A stretch of 64,000 nucleotides of DNA from Mytilus edulis (GCF_963676685.1 NC_092351.1:34534001-34598000); one strand, 5' to 3'; shown: positions 24,301-37,200, counted from the first letter of the stretch. The notes: generated by a model not told the origin, from the letters alone. Made by a program: numbers and translations.

Positions 24301-27300
24301 GCGAACTATGTGTGAGTTTGCAGTGTCAGTTAAAGGTGTTCCATGCATCATATTAGTGTTGCGAACCATCTGTGAGTTTGTAGTGTCAGTTAAAGGTGTT
24401 CTTTGCATCATATCAGTGTTGCAAACCATCTGTGAGTTTGTAATGTCAGTTAAAGGTGTTTCATTGTGAATGTTACTTCTTCTTTCTACAGGGGCCTACA
24501 TAAAAATAGGTATATAAATTATACTTAGTGGGAAAAAAATGAATTTATTGGATATAAAAATAAGTTTAAGTTGTAAAATATGTTAAATTAAACAATACTA
24601 ATTAACGTTTTAAATCTAAATTAAAATTGGAAATTGTTATGCAATTTAAATAGATAAACTAAAACTAAAAAGATATATAGAATATGAAAAAAATCTTACA
24701 ATCTTTTCTAGTTTCCGTCTCCACATATTTTCCATATACTCCTGATTTGACAATTGTCTCTCTTGTACTGGCGCAATAGATAAATCGTCCATATGTGCAC
24801 ACTCTGGTACATGTACAATAGATACCCTATCTGTATGCGCAGATTGTAGTGTAGTGCTGCTGTCCTTAACTTGTTCCTGTAGTAAATCATTTGTATAAAT
24901 AGTCATAATTTTAAACGCTGTATTCATATATAATTACCACTAGACCAAAATGGCAATATTTGCATAAATATTCTTTCTTAAGAAACATTTTCTTTTTCTT
25001 TTTCTTTTTAAAAACAATCTTTATAAATAAAACTAATGAACAAACAGTATAAAAAACTAAGATAATTAGCTTGTTTGCACCGTTTTGTAAAAAACAATCT
25101 TGAGTACAAGAGTTATATACATGTATTTTTACTTAAAAACAGTTAAATACTGTTACACCGTGACTGTCCGATGTTAGAGGTATGGTTGGGATCTCTCTTA
25201 CAGGTTTAACCCTGCCACATGCTGTATGTATGTGCATGTTCCAACACGACTGGTGCCACATGTGGAGCAGTATCTGCTTACTCTTCCGGAGCACATGGTA
25301 TCATTCCTAGTTTTTGCTAGAATTCGTGTTGCTTAGTCTTCAGTTTTTTATGTTGTTGCATGTGTACTATTATTTTTGTTTGTTTTAATTTTAACCATGT
25401 ATGGCGTTGTCAGTTTATTTTCGATTTATGAGTTTAACTGCTCCTTTCGAATCTTTCGCCCCTTTTAGGCAGCTAGTTTTCTCGTTTAAAAAGTTTTACA
25501 TTTGTTTTTTACTGAGCTGTTTTTAAAGCTAACTATACGGTATGGGCTTTGCTCATTGTTAAAGAACTTACGGTAGCCTATCATTAAAAGCTGTTTAAAA
25601 TTGTTGTGCCATTTGGTCTCTTGTGGAAAGTCTCATAAGAAATCATACATGTACCACATTTTCTTTTTTATATAAAAGAAAAATATTCAAAGCAGTTATT
25701 AAAAAACATACCGTTTGTTTTAAACTGTTAAAACTAAAACTATGTTTCTCGTTTACTGTATCCTGTGATTTTTTCTTGGTAACTACACCTTTTACTTCAC
25801 CATTTAATTCATGCTGTTCAGCAGTTGTTTATCAAATAAATCAAAAATACAATAATACCTGACTATTTTCATTGACTTCTGTATTTTCTACTGTTAATTC
25901 TTCTGTTTCAACATTATCTTCTACATCCAGGTGTGCACTATTCAAAAATGCCTTTTCTTCTGATGTCAAATTGCATATTGGTACCTAATATTGAAAGATT
26001 TATAGGATAATTATTAAGTAATATGGTTTTAAACATGTATGAAATATTTGCAACTGGACTTTTTTATTTAATTTATACAACTTCAGCGAACTCATAGTGT
26101 AAATTGTTTAAATTTTAAAACATAAAAATGCTTAAGCCTTTTGGATGTTATATATTATTCCTTATTAGTACACTTATAAATATGTATAAAATACTTGCTA
26201 CTGGACGTTTTTATACCAATATATAATACATGTACGTCAACGTATTGAAAGTGAAAATTGTTTAAATAAAAAATGTTAAAGCATTTTCAATTAAAAATAT
26301 TTTTCGAAAATAATACTGTTACATGTATTAACTTGCATGAAATATTGGCCACTGTACACGTAAAAACCACTCTTTTTCTCCATGAAGTTATTATATATCT
26401 AATGATGTCTAAAATGTGCAAAACATATATATCAAATGTTGTATAAAATTCATATAAAAATGCTAAAAAACTTAAAATAATCTAAAAAAATATATGATAT
26501 TAATATTTTACCTGATCTTCTAACGCAACACAGAAATTTGGTCTTTTATAAAATCTCTGATATGGTGTCAAAGGTTTGGTAGATTTATTAACTCTGCTGT
26601 TGTACTTATAGTAAAATTCGTCTAACATACTCGGCCAGTCCCGACTATCAACAAAAGCTGTTCTGAAGTAGGCAACAACTGTTCTGTTAAACCTTTCAAC
26701 TCGACCTTTAAATAAAAGCATACTTACAAATGTATATCTTAATGTGTTAGTAATAAATGAAAACCACATTAAAAACATTATCTTATTTGAAATCTATTTT
26801 AATTTATAAATTTGTGTGACTTTATTTTGTCTTATGTTCATTTACCACAAATAACTTTTTTAATATAAAAAGACAATAATATTATTGGTAAATGAATGTA
26901 TTTGATATCAAGTGATATATAAATATTATTTTGAGTTTATATTAAACTATTTTAAACTAATTTATCTATTTAAAATGACTTAAATTAATCTTTTTATTTT
27001 AAAATTACCATCTATCACTATTTATTCAGCAAACATTATGAATGCCTCTTAAAAATTAATAATAAATGCAGAACATTACCTTGTGATTGGGGATGGTAAG
27101 GCCTTCCGTTAATTTTTCTTGTTTTAAATTCTGCCATAACTTCTGTTAAGTCTTCATTATTAAACGCCTTTCCATTGTCAGTTTGTAAAATTCTAGGTGG
27201 TCCAAAAATGTATATAAAGCGTAAAATCACTGTAGCCACTTCTTTTGCTGTTTTGTGCTTAATGCACCCACCAAATGCAAATCTGCTGTAGCAATCTACA

Positions 27301-28663
27301 ATATTGCATATGTAGTTGTAACCATGTGACGGAGGCATCTTCTTGAGGTCCATTTGCCATCTACTGTTGGGATAGGTTGCTGGAATTGGCCTTCTTGTTC
27401 TTTGAGTTTTAGGTAAATCAACTGCCGAAAGACACTGTTGGCATTTAATGTTCAGCTTAAACAGTAAACGAATGTTTTCCCGAACTACTGGGAAAAAAGA
27501 CTTCCTCAGAGTTTCGTACACCGTATCACTTTTTCTATGATCAGTTTTGTGATTTTTTTGTATTTCTTCCAAAAGTTCACCTTTTGACAAGACCTTTCTG
27601 TGGAATTCAGTAACAGTCGTGCTCCTGTAAAATATACTGTCCAAGTCTTTGTCGTATAAAAAATTTGACACATATTTTCTTATACTAGTTTCTCCCATCT
27701 GAAGACCTAGGGCATCCTTTATTCTTTTCGCTCCCCATGATTTGTTGGTATATTTTGCCTTGCATATTGAAAAAACCTCATCCTGCACTGCCCAAAACTG
27801 TTCCGGACTTGGATCGTTTGTAACCTTTTTTTTACGTTCGTTTGTTATAACAAAGCCTTCGTCAACAAAATCTTCTTTTCCATCCTGCAATTCCATACCA
27901 TTTTCTTTAAGAAACGTTGTATTTCAAAACGTCATAATATTTAACGTCATGGTAACTTGTTTTAAAACGCGCGAATATATAAGTTACATTAACGCAAACT
28001 TTTGTATTATTTAAGGAATAGCTATATTTTAGCATTTACAATTATCTACGAAAATTTTAATTATTGTTTTAATTAATGCATTTATGCATTTTTGCTTTCT
28101 AAATTTTATTTATCATGCTTCTTATTATAATAACATATAATGGTCCAACATGACCATCGCACTTCAGCGAATGAACCATCACACTTCAGCGTGGACCATC
28201 GCACTTCAGCGTCCCATCGCATCTCCGAGTTCTATATCTATATAAACCATCGCACTTCGGCGTGAACCATCGCACTTCAGCGTGACCATCGCACTTCCGC
28301 GTCCCCATCGCACCTCCGAGTCCTACATATATGTCAGGTAAAAAATCTGTGGATGGTGTGGTCACCTGATAAGTGCTTTTAAATATTCCCTATGTTCATT
28401 TTTCTTAAAAACTTTTATTGAAATAGAATACACTTTATGTGAATTTTATTCACACAGGAGAGAAGTAAGAAAGGTATTTTTGTGTAAATTTATTCAAGTT
28501 TTAAATCTATTTCTATTGTTTTTAGGAAGAAAGACAGAAATCATACAAAAAAGAAAAGAAGGCAGACAGAAAAAGAAAAGCAGAAGGAGAATTGAACTTA
28601 AACATTGATCCTGACATGGCTGCTGTTATGGGATTCTCAGGGTTTGGGGGGTCATCAAAATGA
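18309..28663 (+). CDS. ZMAT2: Zinc finger matrin-type protein 2 (Snu23 homologue, spliceosome)
   Basis: Exons 18309-18464, 19353-19423, 20547-20620, 21077-21222, 28526-28663(TGA), phases compatible. Translation includes [58 protein letters not shown] and [11 protein letters not shown]. The start-codon exon is upstream and unresolved; one candidate is ATGGCAGAG|gt at about 16453-16461. Confidence 0.95.
19490..19720 (+). mobile_element. Degenerate tRNA-derived SINE (V-domain-like)
   Basis: tRNA-like head, then a GGTGATTTTTCTCTGCATACTTCAGCCTCCTCGACCAATAAAAACTGAC core. Related copies at about 8890-9000 (+), 520-720 (-) and 62575-63045 (+), with (CAAT)n tails. Confidence 0.55.
21554..22011. mobile_element. 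MITE with GAGGG..CCCTC ends and a 6-bp TSD
   Basis: TGCAAA|GAGGGTGGTAAAGGG ... CCCTTTACCACCCTC|TGCAAA; internal CACGTTGAACGTG repeats. Confidence 0.82.
22761..27896 (-). CDS. Ginger-type DDE transposase/integrase (HHCC zinc finger, rve core, 20-aa repeat array, C-terminal SH3/Tudor-like barrel)
   Basis: Exons 27896-27080, 26705-26512, 25984-25859, (25813-25712 uncertain), 24876-24700, 24495-23863, 23639-23529, 23054-22761(TAA). GT-AG, in phase, no stops; 783 aa, or 817 aa with the uncertain exon. Motifs: H..H..CQQC; SRWQMDL (D); LQTDNG (D); [10 protein letters not shown]|RVERFN (E). Confidence 0.85.
23863..24460 (-). repeat. Coding 60-bp minisatellite, about 10 copies, in the transposase exon
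   Basis: Near-identical 60-nt lines at 23881-24460; unit translates as (R/G)TPLTD(I/T)[11 protein letters not shown](M/T)H. Confidence 0.97.
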
Positions 28664-29116
28664 TACAATCTGTTTGTACAAATCAGCAAGATACAAGAGT
28701 GTAAGAATAGAGAGACTGTCATTTTATACATGTGTTTGTGTGTATATTTGTTGATGAATGATATGAGTCTAAAAGAGTTATGTGAAGCAAATTAGATGCA
28801 AGCTTGGTCATGTATTATAAAATTGAATTGGAGAACAGAGAGAATTGAAAATTTTCTTGTATGAAAAGAAGACAAAACCAAGTCATACATCAGAGTATAA
28901 AAGCGATGCTGCTTTACTTCATACATCTTATCAATATTTGAAAGTACCACATACATATTATGTTTTGTTAAAAGGCATCTTTATCTTCATATAGCATTTG
29001 TATTTGTTAATGTTGAAATTGCTAATAAATGATATTAACAATTGATTTTCTATAGATCATGATCTAAATCAACATTTTTTTTAATATTCTGTAAGGATTA
29101 GCCAAGGGGAATATTA

Positions 29117-31100
29117 TTATACGACCACAAAATTTTTCAAATTTTTCGTCGTATATTGCTATCACGTTGGCGTCGTCGGCGTCGTTGTCGTCGTCGTCGT
29201 CCGAATACTTTTAGTTTTCGCACTCTAACTTTAGTAAAAGTGAATGGAAATCTATGAAATTTTAACACAAGGTTTATGACCACAAAAGGAAGGTTGGTAT
29301 TGATTTTGGGAGTTTTGGTTCCAACATTTTAGGAATTAGGGGCCAAAAAGGGCCCAAATAAGCATTTTCTTGGTTTTCGCACTATAACTTTAGTTTAAGT
29401 TAATAGAAATCTATGAAATTTCGACACAAGGTTTATGACCACAAAAGAACGGTTGGGATTGATTTTGGGAGTTTTTGTTTCAACAGTTTAGGAATTAGGG
29501 GCCAAAAAAGGGCCCAAATAAGCATTATTCTTGGTTTTCGCACAATAACTTTAGTTTAAGTAAATAGAAATCAATGAAATTTAAACACAATGTTAATGAC
29601 TACAAAAGGAAGGTTGGTATTGATTTTGGGAGTTTAGGTCCCAACAGTTTAGGAATTAGGGGCCAAAAAGGGACCCAAATAAGCATTTTTCTTGGTTTTC
29701 GCACCATAACGTTAGTATAAGTAAATAGAAATCTATGAAATTTAAACACAAGGTTTATGACCATAAAAGGAAGGTTGGTATTGATTTTGGGAGTTTTGGT
29801 CCCAACAGAATAAGGGGCCCAAAGGGTCCAAAATTAAACTTTGTTTGATTTCATCAAAATTGAATAATTGGGGTTCTTTGATATGCCGAATCTAACTGTC
29901 ATGACTGTGTATGTAGATTCTTAACTTTTGGTCCCGTTTTCAAATTGGTCTACATTAAGGTCCAAAGGGTCCAAAATTAAACTTAGTTTGATTTTGACAA
30001 AAAATGAATCAGTTAGGTTCTTTGATATGCTGAATCTAAAAATGTACTTAGATTCTTGATTATTGGCCCAGTTTTCAAGTTGGTCCAAATCGGGGTCCAA
30101 AATTAAACTTTGTTTGATTTCATCAAAAATTGAATAAATGGGGTTCTTTGATATACCAAATCTAACTGTGTATGTAGATTCTTCATTTTTGGTCCTGCTT
30201 TCAAATTGGTCTACACTAAAGTTCAAAGGGTCCAAAATTAAACTTAGTCTGATTTTAACAAAAATTGAAATCTTGGGGTTCTTTGATATGCTGAATCCAA
30301 AAATGTACTTAGATTTTTTATTATGGGCCCAGATTTCAAGTTGGTCCAAATCAGGATCTAAAATTATTATATTAAGTATTGTGCAATAGCAAGTCTTTTC
30401 AATTGCACAGTTTTGTAAATGGCAAGAAATATCTAATTGCACAATATTGTGAAATAGCAAATTTTTTTTTAATTAGAGTTATCTTTCTTTGTCCAGAATA
30501 GTAAGCAAGAAATATCTAATTGCAAAATATTGTGCAATAGCAAGATTTTTTTTTAATTGGAGTTATCTTTCTTTGTCCAGAATCAACTTAAATCTTTGTT
30601 ATATACAATATACAATGTATATTCACTTTTTACTACCAACTGATAAATTAAAATAATCTTTACCATTCAGTGATAACAAGCAGTTTTTTTACATCTTAAT
30701 ATTTTATGATGTATTTAAATGAGTAGTTATTGTTGCAAAATCCATTAGAAATTTTAATTGAGATTAGTTTTGGAATAAGGGAAAGGGGGATGTGATTAAA
30801 AAAATTGGGTTCAATTTTTCTCATTTGAAATTTCATAAATAAAAAAGAAAATTTCTTCAAACATTTTTTTGAGAGGATTAATATTCAACAGCATAGTGAA
30901 TTGCTCTAAGAGAAAACAAAAATTTTAAGTTCATTAGAACACATTCATTCTGTGTCAGAAACCTATGCTGTGTCAACTATTTAATCACAATCCAAATTTA
31001 GAGCTGAATCCAGCTTGAATGTTGTGTCCATACTTGCCCCAACCGTTCAGGGTTCAACCTCTGCGGTCGTATAAAGCTATGCCCTGCGGAGCATCTGGTT
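29117..31100 (+). mobile_element. Non-autonomous Helentron/HINE-like element with composite tandem arrays
   Basis: SubTIRs TTATACGACC(A/G)C and GCGGTCGTATAA (about 31063-74); (GTC)n at 29170-29201; about 162-bp repeats at 29210-29810; 3' hairpin ATGCCC-TGC-GGAGCAT followed by CTGGTT. Confidence 0.78.
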
Positions 31101-34100
31101 TTATTTGTATTTATCCATCAAAATTTAAAATTCATGTTTGCTACAATCTTTTTATTTTACATGATAGTTGTACATATTCCTACATAAATTTTAGCTGTAT
31201 TTTGATTTGTTTTTTTCTCACAAAATTACAGGTTTTATGTTTATGAAATTATCAAATGTATATCTGTATGTATGAGTCCTTGTACTGTAATATTTTTAAC
31301 TTTAACCTTTTCAGTTTACTTGGTTTTTTATTCTGTCATCAATGGTACATTTTGTCAGATTTTTCACTACCCATGCAGGTTGTTGCCTGATTTTTATATA
31401 CAGAATTTTTAAAACACGAGATGTATTTGAAAATTGGTTTATAAATTCAGCTTATTGTAAGCTATGAGTAGACAGTCATTCTTTGAACAAAACATTATTA
31501 TCTTCCAGAATTATGTAACATTAGAATGTTGAGATGATGAAAACAAAATAAATCCTCATTGTAATTTGTTTGTAAAATTTCTATTCCATAACAAAAAGTT
31601 TGTAAAATGTTTTTATGTTAGTACAGTAAAATCAGAAAAAAAACCAATGTTTTGTCTTGTGAATTAATGTTAGAGTATGGTATCAGATTTCTGCAGAGGG
31701 AGTCTTTTATTAGGGTGTAGTACTTAGAAGTTAGATATGATGTTATTTCCCTCATTAATTGTATCCCTGCAAAACAACAATTTTTGTTTTATAAAATTCC
31801 TTCATAGCTTGAATTGTACTTGCAAGTACCAAAAGTTTCAAACAGTTATGCTTCAAATTTCTGAAAATGAAATCCAATTAAGACTAGCAAAAATAAGTCC
31901 ATAACACAAAATAAAGCAATTAAACTTGACCGAGAGTTTCTTAAATCCATGTCATTTGGACTCCCATAACCCTGTTTGGTATTTATCCAAATTGCAATCA
32001 AATTACTTCTCCATATTTTAAATAGTTCACTTTCTTTTTTATGCCTCTGCCACTAGGCAAATTGGTCATTTTAAAGTGTTAATTATTTGTTTCTGCACTA
32101 TAACTTTTCATTGCCTCATGCATATTTTATGAAACTCGTACACAATGCTAGGGACTAAAACTTGCAGACAGAGTTAAGATTTGGCAGTGAGTAACTTGTT
32201 GTTCTAAAGTAATGCCCTTTTTGATTTTGAAAATTGCAATCATCAATTGAAAAGTCAGTTATTGCTCGTGATTTTATCATTGAACCAGACAACATGAAAA
32301 CAACATTCCAACAGTAATGCCAAAATTTAAATGTTTAGAAATATGAACAGTTTAAAGTCCAGCCTGTGACTTCTGTCACAGATAACTAGACACAGGGATA
32401 GTGATCCGTCAGCAGCTGCAGCATTAGATCAATACTTTGAAGTTTTAAAGATCTGGATGCTTCATACTTTGTATTTAAATGCCTCATCTTATGAAGTTTC
32501 TGTCCGTCACATGTCCATTGTCATTGACCTCATTTTCATGCTTCTGTGACTACTTGAAAAAAATGTTTATTTCATCCTTATTATGAGTAATAAATGAGGA
32601 TTACTTTATATGTGCATACTTTACAAGGTCTTCAAGTTTGTCTGACAGTTTTCATCTGACCCCAGCCTAATTACATGGATCCGTCAACAAGGTTCACAAT
32701 AAGTTTTCATGGTAAATTTCATATATCAGATACTACAAGCAAAAGGTCTACTTATATTTAATGTATGGAATGATTGTAAGGTGTATTTCTGACCTCATTT
32801 TCTTTGATCATGATAAGTTATAGTGATACTTGTTGTAAAACTTTATATTTAGGGCTTTCAACATAAACCCAAATTACAAAGACATTTCAGCGTTTGCACT
32901 CTTCTTTCAAAACCATATCAAGAACAATGATAGATGGACTTCTTAAAGGGACCATCATATACAAATTGTTGTATCAGTGAAAGAGCTTGTATGTATTGAT
33001 GATAGATGTACAGATGGACAAAGGTAAAACTTAATGCCTAAAGTTAAGTGAAGATCACACTTTCTATCCTCTAGTATATTTTTATGCCTTGTGATGAGGA
33101 GGCATTAAAAGTTTTACCCTTGTCTGTCCATCTGTCCATATGTCTGTACATCCTGATATTGGTTTCAGTTCTCTAACTTGAATTTGCATCAACTAAATGT
33201 TATGAAACCTATACACAATGCTTATATACCACAAAAACACAGATAAAGATGGAATTTTGGTTGCATCACTTATTCCATTCTAGTAATGCCCCTATACAAA
33301 AGGAAATATTGCCAAAAGTTATGACACTTATACACAATGCTTATTTATATCACAAGTCACGGATCAAGTTTGAAATTAAGGGGTGTCACTGTTATTGTTC
33401 CAGAGTTATGCTCCTTAACAAATGGAAAAAAATGCTGAATTTTTCATTTCCATTTTCTAAATTTATAAGTTTGCCTCAACCAAATTTATGAAACTTATAC
33501 ATAATACTTATCAACATGTACCACAAAACTCATCTTGCAATCAACAGTTTATTAAATCAAACAAGAACAAGTTAATTCACTGTTAACATATATATATAAC
33601 AAACAAAAAAGATAACAAACTTCGTCTATAATGTCTTCTTAACATTCTTTCTAAGTAACAACAAAAGTATATATATATTATATAAAATGGCTCAACTGTA
33701 GTTCATGATTCCATACAAGCATTTGCCAAATAATAATGTTTCTCTTATTAATATGCCATAAGATAATTAAACAAGGGTCAGGAGCTACTTAATAAAAATC
33801 TAAATAATGGTGACTGACTTCATTATAATACTTTTATATGAGGCATTAAACAACTATGAATTAATAAACCAAAATTTTATACATGTATAGCTTGGGTTAT
33901 AAACCTCCAAACCCTTGGACTTCATTTCTTTAATAGCTTTGAAGGGGTGTTCCAGTAAAACATACATGGCACCCAAGGGAGGTGCTTTGAAAATGGGGTA
34001 CCCATATTTATGAGGCAATTTTATAATTTCATTGGAAGATTCATTGTACAGAAAAAAATACTTGACAACAAGCCATTGTTGAAATTTTTCAGTGCCTGTC

Positions 34101-34216
34101 TGGGTCACAATGAAACAGCCCTCTTCTGATAACAAGAAAATAAAAAAAAAATATTACAGATATTACAGTAGCTTCTCATGATTATTGTTCTAACAATGCA
34201 TTTCATTACTAAAGTA

Positions 34217-37200
34217 CTAAAAGATGGATTCTGCCTTTGCATCAAACAGTGAATTGAAGTTGCTGTTCCCTGGTGTAACTGCACTTGCTATTAATCTGTA
34301 AAGTTTAAAATAGATCATAGGTTTAACAAGTGTTTCAATATTCATGGGTTATCAAATATGAAAGATTTTTTTTGTCGACTAAATATTAAAAATTTCCAGC
34401 AGTTATATATAATTAGACTGTTATAAATATGTACAAACCCAATAAGCTTTATTAAACATGTATTAATGTCATCACAGTTTGTGCCAAAAAACACTAAAAA
34501 ATGTTCATTTATGTGTAAATTTTCAAAAACAGATGGTATTTATTATAAAGATATGTAGAAGTATTTTCTTGAAATTAGTTTTAGACTATATAAGGTTCAA
34601 ACCTTTTTGGTAACAGTGGAATAGTTAAAGTAATTAAGGGCCATAACTCTTGAAGCAATCAAGTGAATTTTGTTAATATCAAACTTGACCACTTTTTTTT
34701 AACCACAAACTAAATTTTAAATGTATTGTCAATTTCAAACTTGATCTTAATTTTGTCCTCAGAAATTAAGTTGAAAACAAGATGAAACATACGAGTAACA
34801 TATTGAATTGTAAAAAGCTGCATGATACTGACAATTGCCATGGATTTTATTACATAAACAATTTACTTGCATCTACTGGGAAGTACATAATAATTAATAC
34901 AAATAACAAATCACTTAAAGTAACACTTATAAAGGGAGATAATCCACAATATTCCATTATACTTACCTCCTGTTTGAATGTTTTGTATGCTTTTGTTCAG
35001 GTGGAGTCAAATCATAAAACAGCTCACATAATGGTTGCTTGTCCTGGTTAGTCTGGGAAAATAAACATCAAAATGTATCAGTATAAATTTCAATAAAATT
35101 TGTTTACCTTCATATGAAGTATGGTAATGAATAAGCGCTATGGAGCTTGACAAATGCATTGGTTTTATCCCTCATTTTCCATTAAGTTAAACAAGTAATG
35201 TAGAAACATTATTTTGGTTTTTGTTTAAATTGTAAATATATACAGTCAATGCCAATGGTATAATGTTCAGTGGCAAATTAAATGCATATTAAGGATGAGA
35301 ACAATATTAATATAAACCTTGCTAATTGCTTTGTACTACAGGCTGATTATGATTTTAGTTGATAAGGTAACAGTTTTCAGGAAGACATGTCAACAAACCA
35401 AGGCATGTTACTGTGACTCAATGCCCACCAATCATTGCTTTTACTCCTAGAGGATAGACTCTGATAAACAGCAAATACCAATTTGCAAGTCTTTGGTTTG
35501 GCTGCACCATTTGACTAACCAAATTGAAATGTGATACACACAATTCAGATAAGAGATTCTTACTAGATCATTGTGGTGAATTAAGAAAGGCTAAAAGATT
35601 TAAATAAAAAAAAAAGAAAAAAAGTTTAGCAATCAGAAAAATTAAAACATGCCAAGGAGATTTTTTTTCAGGGATTTCTTGATCTACTGATTTTTCTTAG
35701 ACATTACCATTTCTTGATTTTTATTTGGTGTCTTTCTTCTAGCAATCCTAGTTATCTTTTTAGTTCTGATTACTTTTGTTTCCAAGACAATTTCATTCAT
35801 GTTCTCGTTTGCCTCTAAGCTTTCTTTTGGACAGCAGTCTGAAAGCATGTCTGTTTTGGTCATGGTTTCTTTTGTTACTTCATCTGATCTATTTTCCTGC
35901 TTTGAAGCTATATCATTATCATGTGACAATGGAATATTTTGTTTCTCAGAGCTGGTGGAAATATTCTCTAGTTTTTCCAGATCTTCTTTGTAAGTCTTAG
36001 GATATTCCTGCTTTTGTGAAATTGTAAGCTTTTCTTTATGCTGATTAGTTTCTAATGTTGTTTTCTGATTTTGATACATGTTTGTCTGGACTACTGGTTC
36101 AGTGTTTTCTGGTTCAGCATCATTTGAGTTGTCTTTTGAATGTCCTGACTCAACAAAGCTGACTTTAGAATCTGATGATGCACTAGACAACTGAAATCAG
36201 AATTAATGGATGTAGAACTCATGCAACAAATTTTAGAAGAAAAATTTAATTAGAGTATGCTTTAATATGATGAAATCCACAACTATTACAAATGTGACTT
36301 TCACTTGTGCCATTTCATCAGCAAACCTTATAATTGAACCCTGGCACTTTATTTTTTTGTGAACTTTTTTCAGCTTTGGTTTTACTTCTTAAATTCTCAT
36401 TATCTAAGACTAAGAACAAAGATATCACATAAATTGTTAATAATCAAATGTAAGTCAGTAATTGTCTACCTGTACATAACTTTCATCGAATGTATTAAAC
36501 ATTGTCAGTCCTTGAAGTTTACTTTAATATTTTTCTAGGTCAAACCAGGTTTAACAAACTATTTTCTTCAGAAAATGCCTGTACCAAGTCAGGAATATGA
36601 CTTGTTTTCAAATTTTTTAAGGTACTGGTTATTCATGTAGTCGTTAACATTGATGTTGTCAGTTTTTACAGACTTTTCATTTTTTTTAATCAATTTGAAG
36701 TTAGGTATTTTGGTTTATGAGTTTTGTAATATATACATTTACCTTATTTTCCGTGGGTTTTATGTTTGCAGAAAAAGATGAGACATTTCACGTTTCCTCT
36801 TTTCTTTTCTTTTTTCAAATATGAAGACAAAAAATATGAGTTCTGTCATTATTTTGACATTACTTTTGATAATGAAATTGAAACAAGAAATCTTTCTTTT
36901 TTTAACTGATACTATATATTACCTGACTTATACCAGACAAAGCTGGAGATAAGATCTTTGGTGACATAACTGGACTGCATTTTATTGGAGAAATTTGTTT
37001 CCATGTGGCTTCTTTCATTCTCTTCAATGTTTCCATAACTGAAAAAGTACTTTTAGACTTGCAAGTCTCCAATGCATTGTCATTGTCTGAATCACTCAAC
37101 TCTACATCCTCAACCTCATCAGGTACTCTAAAATATGCTCCTGTAGGTGGAAAAGAAGGAACTTCAAAATCAGATAGTCTTGTCTTTTCATTGTCTGAGT

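Larger units (their letters stand above)
22088..28327 (-). mobile_element. Ginger-type (Ginger2/Tdd-like) DNA transposon, apparently full length
   Basis: Perfect 23-bp TIR TGTAGGACTCGGAGGTGCGATGG (22088-22110 / 28305-28327) and 4-bp TSD TATA on both sides. Subterminal ACGCTGAAGTGCGATGGT repeats at both ends. Internal spliced integrase gene with no RT, gag or LTRs. Confidence 0.88.

Noticed and set aside
23834-24469. 211-aa plus-strand repetitive ORF
   Set aside because: Antisense reading of the 60-bp coding minisatellite. The splice signals support the minus strand.
27036-27896. Integrase as part of an LTR retrotransposon or Polinton
   Set aside because: No gag, protease, RT, polB or LTRs. 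It has introns, TIRs and a 4-bp TSD.
29921-30460. 179-aa minus-strand ORF
   Set aside because: Lies within the tandem repeats of a non-autonomous element; no domain or splice support.
35684-35707. Stop at 35684 as the end of the HMG gene
   Set aside because: A GT donor at 35707 joins in phase to two further exons that end at 34217.
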